Shown in pieces: positions 38,101-47,600 of a stretch of 64,000 nucleotides of DNA (within the stretch, counting starts at the first letter, position 1; each line of letters starts with the position of its first letter). Source of the stretch: Amoebophrya sp. A120 (lineage: Eukaryota; Protista; Dinoflagellata); NCBI GenBank assembly GCA_905178155.1, contig CAJINV010000011.1, forward strand, positions 829,982 to 893,981, written 5' to 3'. The position numbers were made by a program, and so were the translations under genes. The notes below the pieces were generated by a model that was not told where the DNA came from, ran no database searches, and worked only from the letters and a program-made list of their open reading frames with translations.

Positions 38101-38662
38101 AAGGGATTCACTGCTAGGAACATCAAGTTCATGCAACAGTCCGTCGCCGTCCGCGTCCTCCACATGTCGCACCACGGGCGTTATGAGCTACGAGCTGCGC
38201 ATTGCGGGAAAAAGTGGCTTCAGCGGCTCTGGGGTGGAGCTGGAATCAGGTACAACTTCTACCGGATCGGCATATCCTTCCCCATCGGGCTTCGTTGCTG
38301 GTCGTCCTGTAGTTCTTCCGTCTGCTGCCTCATCGTGCCGTCGTCCTTTCCCGAGCTTCTCCGTCGGGCCGTGGGATTTCCGCCACAGACGCGACCGAGA
38401 CGTGGAATTTCTGGCGCTGGCAAAACTCGACGCAATGCTGGAAATCGATACGGCAGCTACGGGACGAACGGAGCAGGTTTCTTTTGATGCAACACCGCAG
38501 GCGCGGCCACCACCGTTGTCAGCAACTGCAACCGGCTGGATCTCGCTCGCCGTGCGACGGACCCCCTGTCTTAGCTGCTTGAATGTGATTCTGCAATTCA
38601 AAAAGAAATACCCAGAGGTCGATCTGAAAGTCGGCTTTGTCGAGGTAAGGAAACGCTTCTGA
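32158..38662 (+). CDS. ~2,102-aa protein with C-terminal nucleic-acid deaminase-like domain (toxin-deaminase/BURPS668_1122-like); join 32158-37756,37953-38662
   Basis: 1,908-aa ORF joined in frame to the next ORF by a GT-AG intron (G|GTAAG...AACAG|CT). C-terminus has RDRDVEFLAL...GWISLAVRRTPCLSCLNVILQFKKKYPEVDLKV. Confidence 0.75.
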
Positions 38663-39423
38663 AGCGACTCCTATCCGAGGACAGAAATGGAGGCATTGAA
38701 AACCACAGCGTGATGAAAATCCATTGTCAAGCCAAAAGAAGATGACTCTCGTCATGCTCGTCAACGTCGTAGGAAGTGAAGGCCTGCGCGTATCTATTAT
38801 GTCTCCGTTATGTTGTAGTACGAACTGTCATCGATCTGTGTAGTTACTGTATCTGCTTATATTGTAGACTCTATGTTGGGATCCTCCAAGTCCAACCGGA
38901 CGAGAAGTGTTTCACTAGCGTGATATCACTTGGAACATACTCGTGGGAATGCAAAAGTAGAACAAGTGTCAAGTGTCGGAACAATCGTATGGAGATTTTG
39001 AAAAATATCGGACGACAAAAATCGAAATCTCAATAATCGTAAATTGCACTTCGTCTTGGTCTTCCTATGCCTGTCGTGAGTGGTACTGAGCCCGGCGCAC
39101 TCGGACCGTATCGTATTAGAGCCGTGGGTCCCGCTCCTGCATCGTTCGTCATGTTGATCGTGAAAGTGGAACCGAACTCTAGTATTAATGGGGGATTTCG
39201 TTTTTACTTTATGTTTATAGTTTTTTTTGTCGAACAGTGACGAGTTGGTAGGCACTTACCTCCTCACGTGGAGATCTACTTGCGACTGTGGCCTCAGAAA
39301 TTCCAACAAGAATCACATCAATCATGTCATCCTACACCGACCTCTACGACCGCGAGCGGAGCTGCCAAAGGTATTTTCTTTTTTTGTGTCATGTATGAGC
39401 ATGAGTAGCTGAAGCCCAGCGAC

Positions 39424-40451
39424 ATGACGATACGGAGCTTGTTTGAATTTCGTACGTAAATGTCAACCATAACCGTGATCGGATGATGCGTGAGTACTTC
39501 TGAAACGTACGCTTACGCAAAAAAAAAAACCTTCAATCTTGAAAATGCTTTTGCAGGTCCGGCAGCAGGTGCAAGCACCCCACCTTGGATAAAAAGGTGA
39601 AAGCGAAGCGGAGCCAGTCCGCCCCCCGCTGCGGTCAGCGTGGCCGTGCCGGGTTGATGGCGCTCTCCGCCGGTGCGGCGAAGGTCAGTCTCGTGGACGC
39701 GTATGAGCCGCCCAAGAAGAATTTTCGCGGAGGCCGAGACGAGGATGACTCCGTTCTTGGGCTGAATGCGGACGGAGATGCGGAGGCCGCGAAACCGGAG
39801 TCCAGCCAGGCGACCGACGAGATTATCGAAGAGATCAGCCACGATGGTATCCATTGATATGATAAAGATTGAAAAAGATAATCTGAGTCACATTCATATA
39901 AAAATGATATTTGTCGATTTTTTAAAGTTTTTAGTTTCGCACTTTCATTTTTCGTTTATTTGGAGCGCTGAACCAGAAGTTGATCATGATCATGATGCAG
40001 GAGCGTTCACAGCAGATTTCTGCTAACGGGTGTATATCAACTTCAGTTATCTTGTCAGAAATATGTGTGTATTATCCTCGTCTTCCATACCTAGAAGTAG
40101 AACTCAATCGAAACACCAGATATTTCGAGCTCGTCGTACGTCTCGACCCACGTTCTCGGACGAAGCTGGAGGTGCGCGTACAAGAGGGGGGATGCAGGAA
40201 AAGGGTGTCTTCCGGTGACTCGTTTCACTCGTGTCGCCAACGAAGAAGAGCCTGCCTTTGGCGGCAATGGACAAGACTGCTGCGTCGAGAACGAGTGGGG
40301 CGGCGGATTCAAGACCTGCACCGCAAGGGATTTTACGATGTACGACAATCGACGGAGGGAGGGGTGCGAGCGGGCCTACGGTGGCTGGGTCCCGGCGTTG
40401 TTGAACCCGCTCGCGTACATCCCGAATCGTCACCAGATTGTTCCGCGTTGA
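39424..40451 (+). CDS. Small hypothetical protein, ~217 aa, Cys-containing C-terminus; join 39424-39455,39557-39846,40120-40451
   Basis: GC-rich coding-like segments joined in frame by two GT-AG introns; no domain recognised. Confidence 0.45.
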
Positions 40452-41084
40452 AGCTAAAGTGAACGTGTTCGCCTTTTGAACGAGTTTTTCTTCTGTTTGT
40501 TCTTTGTGTAGTTTGTTATGCCTTGCCGCTCTGCCGCTGGATGACTGCAATTTAAGTATATTGGCGTTAAAAATTAGTTGTCATTTTTCACAGCCAAATT
40601 GCCTGCTACCATATCTTCAAAATAAAGCACCGATAAAAAAAGAAATTGTTTATTTACTTCGACGTTTAGCTTTTGGCAAAAAAAAAGATCTATATTGAAA
40701 TTAGTTGTTCCGACGTGTTGGAACCTCCACAGAAGCGGCCTCTTCATCTGTCTCTTCGATCACATACCTCCGATAGGTGTGCGGGTTGAAAAATGTATTT
40801 AGGGTTTTGTTGCACTTCGAATTATTTTACCAAATGCTAGTTTGAAATCGGTTGATTGACTTGAACATTTGCCATTTCCCTCGTTTGAGTTCCACTTGTG
40901 TTGTAAAATTAAATTTCATCTTCTTGATGGAGTCTAAAGTTCGAGAAATCTGTTATGTATTAATTTTAAAATATATTCGGGATCCTGATTGTAATATTGT
41001 GGTTGGTCGTGGTCCCGGACTCCAGGTTCATATTTTTGAAGACATGGCAAGGAAGATCGAGGTGGTCCGCTGGAGTCCGAGGAC

Positions 41085-41154
41085 GCAATTCAAAATTAAA
41101 TACCCGGAGGTCGATCTGAAAGTCGACTTTGTCGAGGTAAGAAAACGCTTCTAA
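41085..41154 (+). pseudogene. 70-bp duplicate of the 3' end of the deaminase gene (38593-38662)
   Basis: 64/70 identical; encodes QFKIKYPEVDLKVDFVEVRKRF*. Confidence 0.85.
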
Positions 41155-41636
41155 AGACCTAATAAACGACCTCTAGTACACACAAATTTGGGTGAAAGAG
41201 TACCGGCAGCGTCGCGTCTCAAGGCGCTTACAGCTGATGTTCTTGATCATGGTCAAACGACAAATGAAATTTGAAAAGCGATCACGGTCAAAGCCGATTA
41301 TGTCAGATATACGACACCTGTTCCTGGATCTGAATCACGCGAAACCACGAGATCCTACTCTAAATAAAAATAGGTTCTTGTTTCAAGAATGATCATTCTT
41401 TCAACACCCGTCCTCTGAATCTCACTTCACAGCGACAGAAAACGAGTAGACATAAAGCAGGAATACTTCAGATAGTTACGGTGGATTATTTTCGTAGATT
41501 TGTTTTTAGTTCCATCTCACGATGAAGAGACTCGTAGGTCTCCTTAGGATGGTTCTCCAGCAGTTACAGATTCATCTCACACTACACACGTAAAAGCGTT
41601 GTACAAAAAGAAAAACCCAGCATCGAGTAAAATAAA

Positions 41637-44600
41637 ATGGGAATCTGTGGAGACGACGCCGGTGCCTGCAAGAAGTGCGGGTCCACCGCCTTGATTCAGG
41701 ACAACCTGATCGGATTAGTTTGTACCAAGTGTGGCGTGGTGCAAAAGAACGTGAACATCGATTTTGGCACGGACTGGCGGATTTTCGAGAACACGCAGGA
41801 CAAAAACACCCGGGCGGACGTGTTGGGGTCGAAAAACGACATCAGTCAGCGGTTTGGCCTCACGAAGGATGACTCCGGGAAGCAGATTCGGGGGCTGTTA
41901 TCAAATGTAAAAATGTCTGGGTCTGGAAGATTGCAACTTGTCATGCTAAATCTGCAGCATGCAAAAATCTGTGTTGCATGATTACCAAAAGTCGTCCAGT
42001 TTTGACCAAGTCGGGAGGTAGTTTCTCATGCAGGATAGGCATTAGAAAGGTCTCGCAGAATCTGTCATGCTAGGTCCTGCATTCCAGACCTCATGGGTCA
42101 TGGAAAAGCAGCATGACAAATCGCGCACTCTTCCAGACCCAGACATATTTGCACTTGATAGCTGTCCACCGCTACCCAAACCACCATGGTGTCAAACGGT
42201 GGCACCAGCAACCGTATGAAATGCAAAAGTGTCTGGGTCTGGAAGAATGCAACTTGTGCTGCTGTATTTGGATTCCAAAAAAATCTGTATTGCATGAGTA
42301 GCAAACGGAATGCAATTTTTGCTACGCTGAGAAGGCATGTGTCATGCGGAATAGGCATCAAGAAGCCCTCAAAAAATCTGTATTGCTACGGTATGCATTA
42401 CAGACGTCATGGTTCATGCAAAACGTGCATGACAAGTGTCAGAATCTTCCAGACCCAGACATTTTTATAGTTGATAAACCGCTCGCAGCTGTTTTTTCTC
42501 GACCGGATGAAAGTGCTCAATTCGCACGCGATACGGGAGAACCGGGGTCGTGGGGGTGGTGGTGGTCTGTTTCCGCGGGGTGGAATGAATATGGGCAGTA
42601 CTGGCAGAGGAGTTGGTGTTGGTAGCTCATCTTCTTCTTCTAGGCCTTCTACTGTGCCGCGATCGGGCGGTGCGACGTTCGGTGGACCGAGTACTTCTTC
42701 TAACAGGGCCAATCGATTGAATTCGGCGCAACATCAAAATGAGGAATTTGCCTTGATGCAGAAAGCGGTTGCTCAAGCAGATGACAAAGAAGAACAGCCA
42801 ACTATTCAGAGGGAGCCGTCAAATAAACTTTTGTCTCCGAACGTTTTGGACGACGATGAAACAGACTGGGAAAAGGTTTTCAAGTCGGACGAAGGAAAAC
42901 ATCAACCAGGCGAACAAATATCAACCGATGCTGCGACCATTGACGCGGCCAAAAGTTCCAGTAGAGACAGTGCAAAAATGCCTGACAGGAGCACCTCCTC
43001 CGTCGTGCAGCAGGAACAGAGGGAATTGACCCTCGAAGAAATTTTCTTCGGTGACGAGGAGGAGTTGCAGCAGGCACAAGGGCCGCCGAAGAGCCCGAAG
43101 ACAGCTGCGAGGGAAAAAACGCAACGGGTGATGGAAGAATATGAGGAAATAGCACAAAACGAACCAGGTTTTTTTGGCCCCGACAATAATGTTCACACTG
43201 AACAAAACAACGACAACACCTCAACGCGCGGCCCATTACTGAGCGTGAACAAGCTGCAGCGGCTGGAAAAATTGTCTAAGAATTACAACTTCTCGGGCCG
43301 GGCGATGCAGCTGGCGAGCGTGTTTTTGCAGAAGATGAACCACACGCCGCTAAAGGCCAGGCAAAGCCCCCCACGGCTGACCGACTGCTTTTTACTTGCA
43401 ATTCTGCACATAATGGCCCAGTTTGAGGGGGAGGGCTATTCGTGTCGGGAGCTGGCGCGCAAGATGCTCGAGGAGGAACGGAAAAGGAAAGATGTTGTGG
43501 TCGGCCGAGGTGCTGACACTGCAAAGGGTTCATTTTTGCCAGCAGATCGCACGACATCTTCTTCACACGGTCTACAACTTGACGATGATGATGACATAGA
43601 AGACTTTGTGGCGGAAACATTGGATTTGGAAGACGACTTGTTCGTCGAGGACAACAACACCGAGGCTCTTCTGCTACCAAACAAACTCAAACGTCCAAAT
43701 GTTCATCTACTTGGCGAAGACGACCACCACAGCAGCAGTGGTCTTCAACTACTAGAGGAGAAATCTGAGATTTCTACTACCTCCTCCGGCGGCAAGCGCG
43801 AAGTGAACACCGACCTTGTCGCGACTCGGAAGCGCCGGAGAATCTCGCTGCAAGGGATTCGGCCTCCAAGGGTGGAAGCGAAGATGCCTCTGAAAAAAAC
43901 TTCTACAGAACAAGTGGCGTCGTCTTCTAGTGCAGCTTCCTCGGCCGCAGTAAAAACGGAACAGAGTACGTCAATCTTCAGCACGACGCATAATGTGAAG
44001 ACGAAGCTGTCCTCCTCCGTGTCCGTCGAAGTAGAGAACCTCGAAGGTGGAGCAAATCAAACTGCGAAAAAGCAGGGAAAAGTGCGTACTGGTTCTGAAC
44101 AAGCAGATGACGATGAGTCCTTATCACAAGCAAAAGTGTAGACGTAGACGGTTTTTCAATTTTTCGAAAAAAAATTTTTTGCGTGCCCTGTAGGAATTTT
44201 GAGTAGGTGTAAATCAAGTAGGTCATGATCTTAGCTACCGCGGGACTCCAATGTAGCTGCATTGAATTTAGATAACTAGTGCGAAAGGTCGCCAGCCACG
44301 GGAGGCAAATTGTGCAGCTTCACCCTGTTTCGCCTCCACGTCGGTGCCGCCTCCTGGACCCGGTCGCAACGTTGAAAAACTTTGCATGAGTAGGGGACCC
44401 GGAAAAGACGATCGCATCGTGCAAACTGCCGCGTTTTCTCTGCGTCCTCCCCCTCTTCCGACTCCGCCACCGCCACCCAGACGCTCGCCACCCGGTCAAA
44501 AAGTGGCCCTGACCAACAAAAAAACCCAGAAAAACCGTCTACGTCGCATCTAGACTGCGTGCCATAGTCGATTCGCAGGGAGACCCTGCTGACGTTCCCG

Positions 44601-47600
44601 CCGGACAATTGCCTGACTCTCAGCCGGAAAGTTGCAGACTCCACCCAGCCGACCTGTTTCTGGGGCGTTACGACCCCGGGCCAGGAACAGTGGTTGTCCA
44701 GACAGGTCTCCTCGAACGGCACTTGATGGATCGGCAGGACGGCGCCCAGACCTTTTGCACTAGCTAGCGCAAATGAATTAAGCTACAAAGGAGTCCCGCA
44801 ATAGCTAGCCATGTGAGCACGTGTTTTTATGGCATTCGTAATATCCTCTAGGGTGCTCACAAAATTTTTTTGTTGCATTTTCTTAAAACCGTCTACGTCT
44901 ACACTTTTTCCTGTGATATGGTTCAAAAAAGCAGGGAAAACAAGTGCGTGCTGGTTCTGAACAAGCAGATGACGATGAGTCCTCTGAAGAAGACCAGATC
45001 TCGCTCTCCGATGTCGAAACAGTGACTGTTATGAAAAGACTCTCAGGGGGAGGAGGAGCTCCTCCTCTTGCTGCAACTACAGGACCACCTGCTCCGGGAG
45101 CCGTTGGATCTACTACTTCCGAAAATATTAAAGCTTCTACAACTTCTACCGGGGATGATGGTATCTTCAAAAATACGTTGCTATCTTCACTTCCTGAAAA
45201 GATAGATCTTCAGAACAACAACTCCACGGACATCAAAGTTGGGACTTCTTCTTCATCTTCAACCAATACATCGACGACCCTAAAAAAGACCGGGATGAAG
45301 ATGTTGATCCCAGACAAGAAATCTCCTCTTCTGGTTGCAGCGACATCGACGTCGACGACCACCAGTAAGAACACCCCACGAACTACATCAAATCCTGCTC
45401 CGAAAACAAATCTGAAAAACCTGCACGTCCGCCCCAAGCGTCAGTTTCTTACGCTGGACAAAATCCTCACTCTCACAGATGAAACCCATCGCGAGGCCTG
45501 CGAGCAGGTGGGTAAGACCCAGCAGTCACTGAAAAGCTGCATCCGCCGGATTTTCGCCCAGTACGGGGAAGTTGCGGAGGAAGTGTGGAGAACCGTGTTT
45601 CTGCGGAACCACCGGAATCTACTCTTCTCCCACAGCAATAAACCTCCCGCGCCCCTCCTCGGCGTGAAGGCCGCCGCACTACAAACCGCGCGGGGGTGCC
45701 TCGTGCGCTTTTGTCAGAGTTGGCCGATGCTGCAAAGTAACAGAATGGAGTTTGTTGTGGAGCACCGGTGGGGCGAGGAGAGTGGGGAAACTGAGAAGTT
45801 TCTCGGGAAGTGGCTCGCGCTAGCACCGGAAGTAGTGGTGCGGCCAGATGGGATGAACAACAATGGTAGAGCTAGTGCCAGAGCCGCCACCTCCGCCGGA
45901 ATGGGGAATTTTTTCGCTGGACGAGGATCATTTTTGGCGAACAGTGCCCGGATGGACGTGGAGCGGCTGGCGCTGTTTCTGTTTAACGAGTTGGTATCCG
46001 AACAGGACCTTACGGAACTGCTGGTCTCGGGGACTCACCGATCCGCTTCTGCGAAAGAGAAGATGATGAACAACGAGGAAGGTGGAGAAGATAGAACCGA
46101 TGAAAATAAACAAAAAGACAGCGAGAGCATCAACATCAAAAAGAAGCGAAACAAGACGGCGAAGAGATCGAAAGCCAGCGGTTGCGGTCCAGCTGAAGAC
46201 CACAGACAATTGAAGCGAAAAAAGGCGAAGAAATCTTCGAAATTATCCAGTGGTGCAGCTCGCGCTGAAGAAGGAACTGTTAATGCAGACACGACGACGT
46301 CGACTACTTCACCAGTTTCCGACGAGATGAAATTGAAATTGAAAACTACCGACCAGAAAAAGGATAATAATAGTAGTACCACCACCACATCATCATCAAC
46401 CACTCCCCAACAACATCAAGAACAACACCCGTGTTTCCTGCGCCCGACGAACTCCGCGAAGAATTTCACGCGGATAACGAAGTCGCGGATCACAAGGAAT
46501 AAAGTCCTTGAATATCAAGACCAGTTCATCTCCCCCTTCGACACGGCCTGCAATTTCGCCTGCGTCACCGCGGTCGCGGCCGCCCTTATTGTCGGCTGCG
46601 TCTCCATCCAGAGCTCCTCCGCAATTCCGCCCTTCTTCCGCTCGATCGAGAAGATCTTGGACCTCATATCAAGATGAAAAATCCCCCCTCCCCATATCAA
46701 AAGAAAATCAGAGAAAGTTTCTGATGCTGGATTTGCGTACACAAATGAGGTCTCTCTTGCTGTAAGGAATTGCGGGCAGATTCTTAGACTGTTTACGTGC
46801 GCAAGGGTCTAGCTGTTTAGCATGGGAAACGCCTGCCGCGTAGGCCAAGCAGCATGACAAACCGCATCCATGATGCGGCGCATCCCTCACCGCTTGCCTT
46901 TTTGCAAGACAAAAATGATTTGTGGCCACAAATCTGCATCACAAATTTCGCGACGGATGCCTTTTCAATATGGGGAGGGGGGATTTTTCGTCACAATACC
47001 TCAGGCCGACGGGGTTCGTCGCCGGGTATTTGCGGAAATTAAGGAACAAAGCGCGAGTATGGGGGTGTCAGAATTGAAATCGTCAAAGTTGAAAAATTTG
47101 GGATGCATGAAATCGATACCACTTGGAGCCTCAGTTTCCAAGTTGCGCATGACAAATTTCGGGAGCACCCGAATCCAGTCTGTCATGCTGTTTGGGCAAA
47201 GAAGACTGCTCCTGTCGTGCCACTCTGGCAGCGCATTGCATGCCCCTAAACAGGATTGCTCTCGGTCTCATTTGCTGCTTCCCAATACAGGCCTGCAGTG
47301 CCCTACATTTTACGCATCACAAGTTTTTCGATTTTGTCGATTTCAAACCTGACGTTTCCATACCGAGTTCTGTTCGGTGGAGACAAAGAGTTGTCAGAAA
47401 AACAAAAGATTGCTCGTCGTGCTGACCCTTTGTGGAGGAGGAAAACCCGACCCCCACCGGCAGTTTTCGACTACAGCGAAAGCGACGTAAAAAAACTACC
47501 CGCGGTCACCTGTCCGGCGCGGAGAAAATACCTGCAAAAAGAGTTGTCGCAGTTACTGGTTTATCAAATGTAAAAATGTCTGGGTCTGGAAGAGTGGGAA

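Noticed and set aside
44276-44722. 148-aa ORF inside the long TIR element as a possible transposase
   Set aside because: Too short and no recognisable DDE, HUH or tyrosine-recombinase motif. No autonomous element was found anywhere in the window.
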